A DNA stretch of 64,000 nt, taken from assembly GCA_951406725.2 (NCBI GenBank), contig OX597823.1, positions 37,324,001 to 37,388,000 of the forward strand, given 5' to 3'. This document shows, piece after piece, positions 38,886 to 51,490 of this stretch. A program made the translations under genes and the position numbers. The stretch is from Octopus vulgaris (Eukaryota). The notes under the pieces are model-generated. The model was given only the letters and a program-made list of their open reading frames with translations. It had not been told where the DNA came from and searched no databases. Positions within the stretch are counted from its first letter, which is position 1. The number at the start of each line of letters is the position of its first letter.

Positions 38886-39427
38886 ACCTGACATAATAAC
38901 TTGGGAGCGAGAAGAGAAACTGTGTACAGTTGTGGAAATCAGCTGCCCAGCAGATGTTAATGTAAAGCTAAAGATCAGCGAAAAAGAAAACACCTATGCT
39001 GAACTTTTGAGGAATCTACAGCTACTTTATCCAGATTACAAGTTCAGGTTTATACCTTTAATTATTGGGGCATTGGGATATGTAACGCACTGCCTAAATA
39101 CCAATCTTGAGAAATTAGTCTCCTCAAAGCCAGAAAAGAGAAAGCTCATTCGAAGACTACAGATCCCAGTCATCACTGGAACTGTAAAAATCTGCAAAAC
39201 TTTCCAGAAGTTTATCATTTAAGTAAACATGAATATGTCTAGACATGCAACTATATGCATGAGAATATATACATAAAAGAAAACATATAAATCTGCACAT
39301 GTACATACATACAAAAATACCCTGTTGATGTTGAAATTCCAATGAAAGCACTTTGGATCTAGGTTAGAAACGGCTTTTTCTCTATTGACAAGAAATCTTG
39401 AAATAAAAGTGAATAATGACATACATA
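38886..39427 (+). mobile_element. REL-endonuclease LINE 3' end inserted in (CATA)n
   Basis: PDIITWEREEKLCTVVEISCPADVNVKLKISEKENTYAELLRNLQLLYPDYKFRFIPLIIGALG...GTVKICKTF. The UTR ends aataaaa...catacata. Confidence 0.85.
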
Positions 39428-39598
39428 AAAATATTTGTCAAACATCAAAACATCAGATTGGATATCGTTGAATAGGACAGACAAGAAAAAGTACGTACTG
39501 TCATAGATGTCAGTTGTCCTGCTGATGTGAATATCTCTTTGAAAATCAAAGAGAAAAAAGATAACTATGAACAACTGCTTCGAAACCTCCAGCTTCTA

Positions 39599-40864
39599 TC
39601 AGGTCATCCCATAAGTTCTGTCCGATTTTATCTTTTTTAAAATTGAATGAAATTTGATAGTATTTTAGAATATCTAATGGAATTTAAAATAATTTTTATG
39701 CATTTGTGTACATTTAAACTAATTAGATATTATTTTACAGAATAATAGAATTAAAATTTCTTTCGTTAAAACCCTTTCTAACATGGAAGTATCTAAAGAG
39801 CATTTGAGGCACATAATGCTTTATGAGTACAAAAAAGGGAACTCTGCAGCCTAAGCGACTCGAAACATACACTCAGTTTATGTGAAAGAATGCTCGAATG
39901 AAAGAACTTGCAGAAGATGGTTTGCAAAATTCAGAAGTGGAGATTTCAGTCTTGAAGATGAAGATCGAACAGGACATCCAGTTGAGGCATTACTTGAAGA
40001 AAATCCTGCATTATCAGTTGAAGAATTGGCAATAAAGCTTAGTTAAAACCATACAACTGTTCATCGTCATCTTCAACAACATGGAAAGGTTCCTAAACTT
40101 GGAAAATGGATGCCTCATGAATTGTCCGAAAGCAACCGCAAATCCCGAGTTGACATCTGCTCTTCTCTCCATTCTTGCGAACTTATTTCACCCTTTTTGG
40201 ATAGACTTGTGACTGGTGACGAAAAATGGATCTTCTACCGAAATGTTAGACGTCGTAAACAGTGGCTTGGTAAAAGGGAAAAAGCTCAACCACAACCCAG
40301 AAGGGAACTTCATGGGAAAAAGACTCTTCTCCCTATTTGATGGGATTGCAAAGGAGTAATTCACTTTGAATTGTTACCACCTAATGCAGCAATCAATGCT
40401 CAAGTCTACTGTCAGCAATTAGAGCGTTTGAACCAAGCTTTGAAGAAAAAAAGACCCTTTTTAGTGAATCGAAAAGGAGTGATGTTGCATCAGGACAATG
40501 CGCGACCCCACACTGCACAAATCACATCACAGAAGATCGAAGAGCTTTGTCAGGAAAAATTTCTCATCTACCTTATTCTCCCGACCTTGCTCCTTCAGAC
40601 TACCATTTGTTTCGTAGTTTACAGAATCATTTGGGGGACATAACTTTTGCAAGCCAGGAGGAGGTCGAAACTGACATTTCAGAGTTCTTTACTTTGAAAC
40701 CAATAGAGTCTTACATTGATGGGATTAAAAAGCTTGTAAATAGATGGAAGGAAGTCATAGATAATCAGAGAAAGTACATTGATAACTAAATTTCAATTGA
40801 ATATAGCATTTGATCACTTGTTTTCTTTATTCAAAATTCGGACAGAAATTATGGGATGACCTGA
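39599..40864 (+). mobile_element. Full-length mariner (DD34D) transposon, transposase pseudogene 39783-40789
   Basis: TIRs tcaggtcatcccataa.ttctgtccga.ttt / aaattcggacagaaattatgggatgacctga with TA TSD. Motifs WMPHEL, TGDEKW, HQDNARPH, YSPDLAPSDYHLF. Stops and frameshifts. Confidence 0.95.
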
Positions 40865-41086
40865 TATATCCAGATTATAAATTTACATTTATACCAATAA
40901 TGATTGGTGTACATGGTTTTGTGAGTAAATGCCTAAGTGACAATCTGGATAATCTAGAGTTTACAGAAAAAGAAATCAACCAACTCGCGTATTACAAATA
41001 CAGTCTGAGAATGTAACAGTAAAAATATGCAAGACTTTACCCAGTTTAAAATGTGACATCGTTTTTGTCATCTATATTTTAATGAT

Positions 41087-41145
41087 GGAATTTTGTATCT
41101 TTGTTAGAAACCAGGAGCTGGTTTCTAACAAAGATACAAAATTCC
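41087..41145. repeat. Perfect 28-bp-arm hairpin with 3-nt loop
   Basis: ggaattttgtatctttgttagaaaccag-gag-ctggtttctaacaaagatacaaaattcc. Confidence 0.9.
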
Positions 41146-41772
41146 TCAGAGAAAGAATTTAGATAATTAAAAACAAAAGAGAACATGCATACATACATAC
41201 ATACATACATACATACATACATACATACATACATACATACATACATACATACATACGTTTTTTAGATTGACAGACAGACAGATAGAGAAACGGCGAAGAA
41301 AAGGGATAAAATACAATAGTGACAAAGAAGGAGGCGTAGAAGGCTAAGACGTGGAAAAAGAATGCAAAGTCACTACACTAAGAAACAAATTCCGAAATAA
41401 CAGAGACAAGGAATTGTTTAAAATGACTGAGAAGTTATGAAAGCGAAATATATTTTCCGTTTTGTGACTTATCTCGTCTAATTTTGCAGTCGTTTGTTTT
41501 CTTCCTTTTGTTGTGTTTTATTTTCAACAAGCAGTAATACTCATCGTTAATGGGATAATTACTTTTACTCTTTCTCGGGAGCCACATTCAAAGTGAATAT
41601 ATAGAGAGATTTACTTACGCCACCTGTATGTGTGTATTTTATAAGAAAAACAAACTTAATAATTGAAGTAGAAAAATGAACAATTATATACACCAACATC
41701 TCTTTGTTTATGATACGACAATAATAAGTGAGATGTATGTGTTATTTTATATATCAATACAGTAATGGTAAT

Positions 41773-41897
41773 TCACAAGGCTTTGGTCAGCACGGAGCTG
41801 TAATGAAAGAGAATTGCCCAACGTGCCGCACAGTGGGACTAAACTCAATGCGACATGGTTGGAACGCAAAGCTTCTCAACCACACAACCACGCCTAT
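41773..41897 (-). mobile_element. SINE family A head fragment (old)
   Basis: Diverged match to the SINE A 5' region. Confidence 0.7.
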
Positions 41898-42025
41898 AAA
41901 GGAGAGATACATTTTGGATAATATACTCCTTGATACAATATGCTTAACAAAAATATGGGATGTTTATGGCGATAAGACCTTTGATTTTAATATTTACTCG
42001 AGCAACGCAACAGCACTACACCATA

Positions 42026-42260
42026 CAGGGTGTTCCAGAATTAACTATCTGTTTCAATGAAATTGACAGAATTGTATATTACCAAAACGAATAGATTTAT
42101 AAATCTTACGTCAAACTTTTATTGAAAATTTTGAATATGTCTGTATCCCTGCATACTTCAAATCTCTTCTTAGCGTTGTGAAACACCTTTTGAAGCATTT
42201 CAGGAGTTAGTTCCTGCACTGCTAACTGAATGTGTTCTTTAAGTTCAGCTAAACGATCGC
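42026..42260 (-). mobile_element. Tc1/mariner-type transposon 3' end fragment
   Basis: TA+CAGGGTG terminus. Reverse strand reads AELKEHIQLAVQELTPEMLQKVFHNAKRRFEVC, like a transposase C-terminus. Confidence 0.6.
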
Positions 42261-43204
42261 TCCATCTTGAGGATGGAGGTAAAGAAAAGGATTGCTACCA
42301 AATTGAAAAAAAGCTGTCATGGACAAATAAGAGGGGTCCAACAGGAATGACAACAATATTATAAACAAAATTCAAAATTTATACATCCGGTTTCACTCAA
42401 ACCATCATTAATTCTGAGGGAGGAACGCAAGTGGGGTACTAATTGCAGGTGGTGAACGTAGCTTCCGGAAGTGGTCACGTGGTAAACTCAAATGACAGTG
42501 AATCACAACAGTAGTTTGTTTTTTGTATGAACATTTTGCATTATATAGTTAAGACATGGATGACATAGAAAGCAGACATGCTTCCAGGCTATGCTGCGTT
42601 GCGCAGGATTGGAAACGTGAAACATCAATGGGGCACTTCTGGAGAATGGATGAATGGATTTTTGTGCCTTTACCCAGCCGTACACACACACGCACATGGC
42701 CCGGTGGTGCGCAGGAAGGTAACATTTTAATGCTCTCCTCATTTCCTCAGTCAAATTGAACAAAAAGGTTTTCATGAAATATTATACGCTACTTATAATG
42801 CATAAGTAATGTCAATATTTTATCGTCGGAAAATGGCCTAAAACAAAGATAACAGCCAGTGCAATATACTCAAATCTGATTAATCTGCATTTGGGGTGGG
42901 GGGCCATAGTCGGCGTTGGAAATTTCTTTGGTCAACAGCAATTCAAGGAGCCTGGTTAATGTTTGTTGCAAATTTGGAGGAAAGTGACTCTTCAAGTTAT
43001 GGACCTTAACACTTCAAAACTGCTTTTAAATGCAGTTTATCTGCCTCTGGGCCTGCATTAGGCAAGGAGTTGAACATTTTCTTGTTTTTGGCCCATGATA
43101 CCCCATGGACCCTATGTAATGCATGAGTAAAATTCCATAAAAATCGGTTGGGTGAATCTCGAGTTTTAACGACATGACATACATACAGACAGACACACAT
43201 CCTG

Positions 43205-43235
<31 letters not shown>

Positions 43236-44309
43236 CAGAGAGAGAGAGATTTTGATGGTGAGGAGATGTAGATGTTTTGTGACTGATTAACTCGCTGGAA
43301 GAAATCATCTTACTATACTATATACTTCATACTAATAATAAAAGCGAATTTTTGTGCTTCTGAATGCATAGCTTCCTGGCTTATAGGCTCATCCTTCTAC
43401 AGAATCGATCCCTACAAATGGCGCAAGTTTCGGGTCATGGAAACCCTGGAAATGTTTCCATACTACTTTGGTCCACCTACTCATGGCGCAAATTCGGATC
43501 ACCCTGTATCTCCTTTAGTCCTAATGAACATCAAAATGTAAACTAAGACGTAAAACAAAGTAGAAGTGTAAAGAACAAACAAATTGGATATTGGTAGGAG
43601 AATTTAATCTATTCAGAAATTAAATGAAAAGCAGTCAGAATAATCAACATAATTGGAACCCCTTTAATTTCTATGTTTCGGCAGTCAAACACTCTTCATG
43701 TTGATTTGATATAAGATGTCTCTTTATCGCAATTTTGTTGTTGATCAAATCCTTTCCTCTCCAGACGAAATCCAGAGAACAAGAAGTGATCGTCAGTTTC
43801 TTCATATTAAGTCCTTTCTCCAACAAGAAAAACTGTATTAAATGTATAGATGTCCGTTGGGGGGATTATACCGGTAATTCAAATGTTAATACAGCCTTGT
43901 TACACATTGTGTCATAATGATTCTACCCGAGGATTATGTTATGGGTACATGTGTGTCTGAGGAGTACGCAACCACTTACATGTTAATTCAGGTGCAGGTA
44001 ATTCAGTTGATTGAACAATTGGAATTCTCATCGTCGAAAGGCGGAGATCCACTGCCACCCACCACCCACCACCACCATCATTAATATCGTGTTTCTTCAT
44101 GACTTAAGTCCTTTCTAAACTAAGAAAAAACTGTATTAAATGTATTAGGATGGATATTAGTTCAATGGTAATACAGCCTTGTTACACATTGTGTCAAAGA
44201 ACACAAATGATGGGTACATGTGTGTCTGAGGAGTACGCAACCACTTACATGTTAATTCAGGTGCAGGTAATTCAGTTGATTGAACAAGTATTGGTGGTTG
44301 AAGATACAG

Positions 44310-44360
<51 letters not shown>

Positions 44361-45013
44361 GTATTCAATGTCTACTGACTTGTTTCTAAACTAAGTACTG
44401 TAAAATATTAGGATGGATATTAGTTCAATGGCTGAAACAAACCACAGAATTAAAGAACACAAATGATGATATTTCTAGAAGTCTACTTTTATTGTTTCTT
44501 TGAATTTATACAACACAAATTGTACAGTAAAATAAGCTTCTTTTAGATCTTGCAATGATATATTCTATCGTATTAACTGCCTTCTGCTTATGTTACTATT
44601 GGGAAGAAGAAACATTTATTTAAAGAATTTTCACGGTTCCTAATTTATGGATTTATTAACTTTAACAAGACGCAAACTTGGCAAACCTGCAAACTGTTAA
44701 CTCGGGGAAACTCTCAAAATTAGTGTCGAATTTTATCATCGGCTCCAAGAAATGAAGAATTCTGAATTCCCTATCATTCGGTCTTCATATTTTATACACC
44801 TCATGGGGATTGCTATGTTATTACTGCTAATGTTACTGCTGTCTTCGGTTTGGTTTGTTTTTATGTTGTTTATGTGTAAAACGGGAAATAAAGCTGCATT
44901 TATCAGAGATTAGATTTTTGTGAGAACATATACATACACACATATACAAACACATAAACATACAAGCATATACATATATATCTATACATACACAGATATG
45001 TATTTTGTATACA

Positions 45014-45066
<53 letters not shown>

Positions 45067-45294
45067 CTTAGGCTTTATCTTTATGGTTTTTGACGTTTGA
45101 AATGGCACCCGTTCTAAAAGATAGTCGGCTTCTTTGAATTTAATTGATATCGTAAGAAGATAGGAACAGCTTGTTTTAAAAGAACATGGTTTCGCTACGT
45201 CACGGATGAGTAACCGGTTCGACTTCATTGATGGAACACGTCCATTTTGGAAAATACAGAAATAAATTTGAAAAACATATTTCCTCAAATAGTT

Positions 45295-45357
<63 letters not shown>

Positions 45358-45458
45358 AAGAAGAAGAAGGAGGAGGAGGAGGAGGAGGAGGAGGAGGAGG
45401 TGAAGAAGAAGGAGGAGGGGAGGGGGAGGTGAAGAAGAAGAAGAAGAAGAAGAAGAAG

Positions 45459-45489
<31 letters not shown>

Positions 45490-47034
45490 CTTTGTAACAC
45501 TTGTAAATCACGGTCTGTCAGTTTGAACCTACTTGTTATGTTATTTACTGGTCTCTTACTACTACTGCTACTGCTATTACTACTACTACAACTACTACGA
45601 TGACGACGAATACAACGACGACTATTACTACTACTACAACTGATTTAAATTTGATGCGTAGTTGTTTAGCCTCAGGTCATTCTAATTACGGCCATCCTGT
45701 TTTTTTTTTTTCTTGGACATAGTATATTTAGAACAACATATTGTTTCTTTTTTAAAACAGTAGATTATAGTTTCGCAGACTGAGCTACCGCCTTGTGGCT
45801 CATCCATTTATTCGTTAAAAAAAAAGGAGTTTTGGAGAAAAGAAATAAAAATGAAGGAAATATTTTTGGAAATAAAATGTCGACGAGTATCTCCCGCCCT
45901 ATGAGTGATGTGGCGTCATATCAAAAGACGGCGGGGGCTGCATATAAAACGCCATAAGTTGATATATTAAGAACATCATAAAATATATTCTTGTTTTACT
46001 ATAATGTTATGCCATGCTATTATGATAAGTGAGCGCCGTTAAGCGGGGGCAAAGCTACTGTAAGAAGAGTCTGCATTGCAAACCAAAACAGAACATTCTC
46101 TTTTAGAGAATTAGACAGAGAGCTTTGTTTGAAACGTCAATATTCCCATCTACGCCTGGTTTACAAAAATTATTTCAAGAATTTTTGACAACGCAGCCCC
46201 TGGCTTTTTCCTATCTCCGATGCAAGATCGACTCCCATCTGAATCAGTTCACTTGAATATGGGTTCCGGATGTTGTCATTAACCTGAAGAAGAATGGCCT
46301 CTGTCAGATTAACTTACTTTCCACGCTCAACAGTAAAACAGGAAGACTTTCAAGAGCAACGATTCATTAAGATTTACGGAATGTTTTCAGTTTTTCGTAA
46401 TTTTATACATGCCGGAGAAATGATAGCCGATAAATTAATGAGGTAAAGATCACACCAGAATAACCTCTCGCATTCTCTCCCTTTCTCTATCTCACTCTCT
46501 CTCTTCTCTCTCCCTCTCTCTCTCCCTCTCTCTCTCTCTATCTATCTATCTATCTCTCACTCTCTCTTCATCACTCTTACTACATTTCTTCACTTCCTTT
46601 CTTCACTCTGTATTACGATATCATACTAAGTAAGCTGGTGTAAGAGTGAGCTTGTTTACAACCGGGTGATAAAATATAGGCTATAATATTCCCTCACTTT
46701 GGTCTCCTGCCATGATACTGGATGCATTAAGAAAACAAGAATTCTGGAGAGCTAAGAACACAAAACAATATTCTGGTGTTTACATAACTGTGTCTGTAGT
46801 GGATATATAAACTGGATTCTATAGAATACTAAAGGTTCATCACCTTAGTCTTTCACATTGTGGTAACACTATTGCACGAGAAATAGTTAATACTGTCATT
46901 TGATAGACATATTTTAATACTAGGCATGCAATGGAAATGACAATTCTGAAAGTTACTGGAGAGTGAATACAAGCAATATTCTCATTCTTTTGGCTAATAC
47001 TATTGAACCAACGATTGGACACATACATTTATTA

Positions 47035-47089
<55 letters not shown>

Positions 47090-47090
<1 letters not shown>

Positions 47091-47521
47091 GAGTGAAAGA
47101 GCAGTGCATACCACCAAACTGACACTGGGATAAAATATACGAAGCCCAATATATCCATCATGACTATTCGTCTGATAAGAGTAAGCCAGATATATGGATC
47201 ACAACAATATGTGCACGATATGGTGATCTTATGTCAAGATAAACAGCGCATGACCTTGCAGGTGGGGTTCAGTTAATTATATTCAGGTTGAGTAGCCCAT
47301 CCCGCTCAAAAAGTCACTCAACAAGGCTTGTTTAAGGAGGTAGATTATTCAAATCCCAAAGAATTCCTCTCAACACATGGCTATGATGCTCCTCCAATAC
47401 TTCTACTCGTGATCAGCAATACACATATCGTCATCCATTAAGGAACATGCTCAACTGGTTGAGGTCAAATAACTGACAAGCAAATCTGTGGTATTGAGCA
47501 GAATATTTGCTGTAGCCCATC

Positions 47522-47525
<4 letters not shown>
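47090..47525. repeat. Probable interspersed non-coding repeat inserted in (ATT)n
   Basis: ~435-bp unit bounded on both sides by long (ATT)n tracts. No ORF. Confidence 0.55.
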
Positions 47526-47588
<63 letters not shown>

Positions 47589-47589
47589 T

Positions 47590-47770
47590 CGTATACGCAC
47601 AACAGATTAGATTGGAGAAAATTCCTACCAGCAAGTTTCAACAATTAACTTTGCATGCCAAGAACCTTCCTCAGTATCCTAGCAGTCCCTTATAACACTG
47701 TTTTCTGGAGCTGCACTAAACTAGGCTTCATACATATTTATTCTTTCCATTTGTTCAAAAGTATAACCAA
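47590..47770 (-). mobile_element. R4/Dong-like extreme 3' fragment
   Basis: Reverse strand VQLQKTVL*GTARILRKVLG, then a short UTR and (TAA)n. Confidence 0.6.
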
Positions 47771-48054
47771 TCATCCTTTGGTTTATTAAAACGTGTAAAC
47801 TTTACACCGTTTGAACACTTTGATAACCAGCTTCCTACATGATATGCCACAGAGTTGGTTGCCTGAATTTTAATTATCCCATCAATTATTGTGTGTGTGT
47901 GTGTGCCCGCGCGTATGTATGTATATATATGTATATTTGTGCATATGAGTGTGTATATATATATATTAATAATAGTAGGGAATATAAAATTCCAAACTTA
48001 CAGGGAAAAATTCAATTTAGCAATTCTAAATCAAATTTCACAATATATAATATA

Positions 48055-48699
48055 TATATATAATTAAGAGAAATAACCTCTATTAAATAATTCAGTTAAT
48101 AGTGAAAGATATCTATGTTAAATGAAATAGAAAAAAATTTAAATATATAATAAATATTATTTTAAAATTAAATAAATATTAAATTGACTACGCGCGTTTC
48201 GTGAACTAATTTTAATAGCATCGATTTTATTATTATCGATTTAAGGATATAGTCGCGAAACGCGCGTAGTCGATTTAATGTTTATTTAATTTAGTGATTT
48301 TTAGAATAATATTTGCAGCGTGGAAGGTGTTTGTAAGCCATTTAAGAAACACACAAAAGCCGTTCGATTCACTTCAACATTTAAGTTTAATTTGTCAAAA
48401 TATTTTCGTCGCTTTAAGACCGCGACCTGTTAAAGCGACGAAAATATTTTGACAAATTAAACTTAAACGTTGAAGTGAATCGTACGGCTTTTGTGTGTTT
48501 CTTAAATGGCTTACAAACACCTTCCACGCTGCAATTGTTTTCGTTTCAGCACACGATCTCAGATCAAATCACTTGCTATGCAAGTACATCTCCGTAAAGA
48601 ATAATATTTATTATAATATATTTAAATTTTTCTATATGATTTAATATAGATAATATCTTTCACTATCAATTGAATTACTTAATAGAGGTTATTTCTCTT

Positions 48700-48710
<11 letters not shown>
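48055..48710. mobile_element. Older fold-back element in (TA)n (host of nested insertion)
   Basis: 48060-48208 is the diverged reverse complement of 48250-48314 plus 48598-48705. Both arms carry GAAACGCGCGTA next to the turn. Confidence 0.8.
48315..48597. mobile_element. Young 283-bp fold-back element with 12-bp TSD
   Basis: Arms 48315-48417 and 48430-48532, 12-nt loop, flanked by direct repeat agaataatattt (48303-48314, 48598-48609). Confidence 0.9.
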
Positions 48711-48736
<26 letters not shown>

Positions 48737-48742
48737 CATACA

Positions 48743-48774
<32 letters not shown>

Positions 48775-48808
48775 CATACACACACACGCGTGCACATATA
48801 TATATATA

Positions 48809-48840
<32 letters not shown>

Positions 48841-48951
48841 CATACACACACACGCGTGCACATATATATATATATATATATGAGTGAGTGGAGAAACGAA
48901 AGAAAGATGCACTCAACAGATGTGGTAGGAGTTAATATATCATTATTGTTA

Positions 48952-49000
<49 letters not shown>

Positions 49001-49357
49001 CGTTATTATTATTATTATTATTATTATTAAAAACTGTATAATTTGGCCCTTTGCAATTTAAAGTTTCGAAGGCTTCTTACAGAAACAGCTCGTCGGGCAC
49101 AACTACCCGAATAAACATGTGCAACAAATCCAAGATAACTATCGGAAACTCGGTTGCTATTGTTCAAGGCGGGTCACGTGGTGTTATTAGAAGTGGAGTC
49201 CAGTTAGAATAAGAACAATAATAAACGAGTGAAGAACGAATATATAGTAAGTGTGTTTATTTGGCAAAAAAAAAATACTCTCCCGAAATACATCAATATC
49301 TGTTTCAACATATGACTTCACATGAGGAATCGTGCAACACTAATTCTTGAACGTGTC

Positions 49358-49407
<50 letters not shown>

Positions 49408-49478
49408 CGCAGTGGGACTGAACTCGGAACCATGTGGTTGGGAAGCAAGCTTCTTACCACACAGCCACGCCTGTGCCT
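49408..49478 (-). mobile_element. SINE family A head fragment
   Basis: tRNA-like head only. Confidence 0.75.
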
Positions 49479-49547
49479 ATGTGTAGACATGTAACCACAC
49501 ACATGATCTTCCTGGATTATTTTCCTTCTCTGAGCTTTTCCTTTCTC

Positions 49548-49586
49548 CTCTTTCTGACGAAAGGCTACACTTGAAACGTAGAAAAG
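49548..49586 (+). ncRNA. Minimal type I hammerhead ribozyme
   Basis: cucuuu-CUGACGA-AAG(gcuaca)CUU-GAAA-CG-UA-gaaaag. Stem III is the palindrome ACGU, which can form only in a dimer. Confidence 0.6.
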
Positions 49587-49713
49587 CCCACTCTTTTCCC
49601 ACCTTTGTTGAGTACCAAGCTAATGCATTCCATACATAAGTCCTTTTGGTGTTATGTTATTTGTTGCTGTTAATGTTCGATTTTCAAAGTTCAGTTTTTA
49701 ATGTTCAATTTGG

Positions 49714-49755
<42 letters not shown>

Positions 49756-50284
49756 CATGTAAAGAAGCATTGGTTAGAGAACAAACATTAAATTTGGGTC
49801 AACGACTTTACATACAACCCCACCCCTCAAACATTTAATCATATATAAAAATCACCATGGTTCCCAAACACAAAAAAAATAATACATATACATAAAATCA
49901 CAGAAGGTAAAAGTATATATTCGAATAAAATACAAATAGAACGGCCTATCAAAAATGTTAAATATAAACAGATAAAGATTCAAAAACTACCAAAAACCTA
50001 ATAGACAAATATAAAATAAGTAAAGGTAAGAATAAAATAAATATCCACTGACTAAAAAAAGTTTTATTAGACGATTAAAATATTTCTTTTGAATTAAAAT
50101 TTTTTTTTTTAATATTTGAAAAATTATTTGAAAAAAGTCTTTTACTTCCCTCATACAAGTACTCCAAAGTTCATAAGTAAACAGACTACCACAGGTCAAA
50201 TTCACATGCATTTTGAAAAAAGTCTTTTGCTCCCTCCACATAAGTACGTCCAAAAGTTCACAGGTCAAATTCAACATTCACATA

Positions 50285-50366
50285 TATCTATGGCCATTTC
50301 GGGAGCTCACCACCGCAGTTTATTTACACTAAAGTGCAACACGGCGATGACTCTCTCATCAGGATA
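50285..50366 (-). ncRNA. Type I hammerhead ribozyme with extended stem II
   Basis: uauc-CUGAUGA-gagagucaucgccgu(..)gcgguggugagcuccc-GAAA-UGGCCA-UA-gaua: full canonical core, 4-bp stem I, ~14-bp stem II, palindromic stem III. Confidence 0.8.
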
Positions 50367-50399
50367 AACAGGAAACAGGAGACACGCACAGATCAAAAT

Positions 50400-51490
50400 T
50401 TTTTAAGAAGCTTTTCTGACCTCGTCTACAGAATTCAAATTTTTTCTGTCCAAATGATTTCGAAGACTGAAGAATAAAAGATCATCAGATGGGACAATGT
50501 GCGGCGAATATGGTGGATGGGGCATCGTTTCCCATTTAAACTGCTCCAGTCTTTGGAATGTCATCCTCGCTGTATGTGCCGAGCATTATCCTGAAGTTAG
50601 AACACCTTTCGTCTTGAAACCAAAGATGGTCGTTTTACACATATTGCTGACTTAAGTCGCTCAAGCTGCTCGCAGTAGATCTCCTTTATTGTCGTTTGGT
50701 TTGGGTTTAAAAGTTCAAAGTGGACTAAGCCTTTCATATCCCACCAAACAGATAACAACATCTTACGTGGGTGAAGACTTTCTTTAGCCTGGGGTGCCGG
50801 TGTTTCTCCTTTCCCTATCCATTGTCTCCGGCGCTTGACATTTTTATAGAGAACCTATTTCTCGTCACCAGTCGCTATTCGGCCAAAAAAAGGATCGTGC
50901 GTGAGACTTGAAGACAAAGAAGAGCACACATTCACTCTCTGTGCACCATTAAACTCAGAAAGTTTGTGAGAAACCTATTGACCCAATTTTCAAACTTTTC
51001 CGATGGCACGCAGTTGTCAATGAATGGTTGAATGACCAAATCCAAGTTTCTCTGCTAGTTCCTCGGCAGTTACGATGGGATTTTGTTCCACCAGAGTTTG
51101 CAGGACGTCCTCATCGAGCTCTACAGATCTTCCAGGACAAGACTCATCTTCTAGGCTGTAGTTTCCGTCTCGGAATTTTTGGAACGACCGTTGACACTGG
51201 CTTACGTTTATTGTCCGATCCCCATAAAATGCATTAATATTCCTCCCACTTTCTGTTGTGTTGTTGCTTTTATTGAATTCATAAAGCAAAATTATATCGA
51301 GTATGCTCCTTTGTAACTTCCATTACAGCTTTAACAAAATAACTGTTAAAATCAAACTTCACTCTTCAAAACTTGCATTAAGGATAAGGACAAGGTAACA
51401 TTACTACCTGCTTCTATAGCAAGTTGATGCAGGTAGTTTATCCCGTCCAACTCGGATTTTTAGTTCATGCAATTGAAAAAACAGCATTAT
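50400..51490 (-). mobile_element. Mariner transposon, decayed and terminally truncated
   Basis: MEVTKEH..LYEFNKSNN...YSLEDE...GRSVELDED (ORF 51017-51289), then ATGDEK*, QDNAR and HPPYSPHIVPSDD on the reverse strand. Confidence 0.9.

Larger units (their letters stand above)
39428..41190 (+). mobile_element. Second, diverged REL LINE 3' end, split by a mariner
   Basis: VIDVSCPADVNISLKIKEKKDNYEQLLRNLQLL | YPDYKFTFIPIMIGVHGF; the frame rejoins across the mariner. Ends in (CATA)n. Confidence 0.8.

Noticed and set aside
46105-46145. 'gacagagagctttgtttgaaacgtc' hammerhead remnant; similar weak cases at 22500-22575, 31235-31290 and 45085-45235
   Set aside because: Core or stems too degenerate to support by eye.
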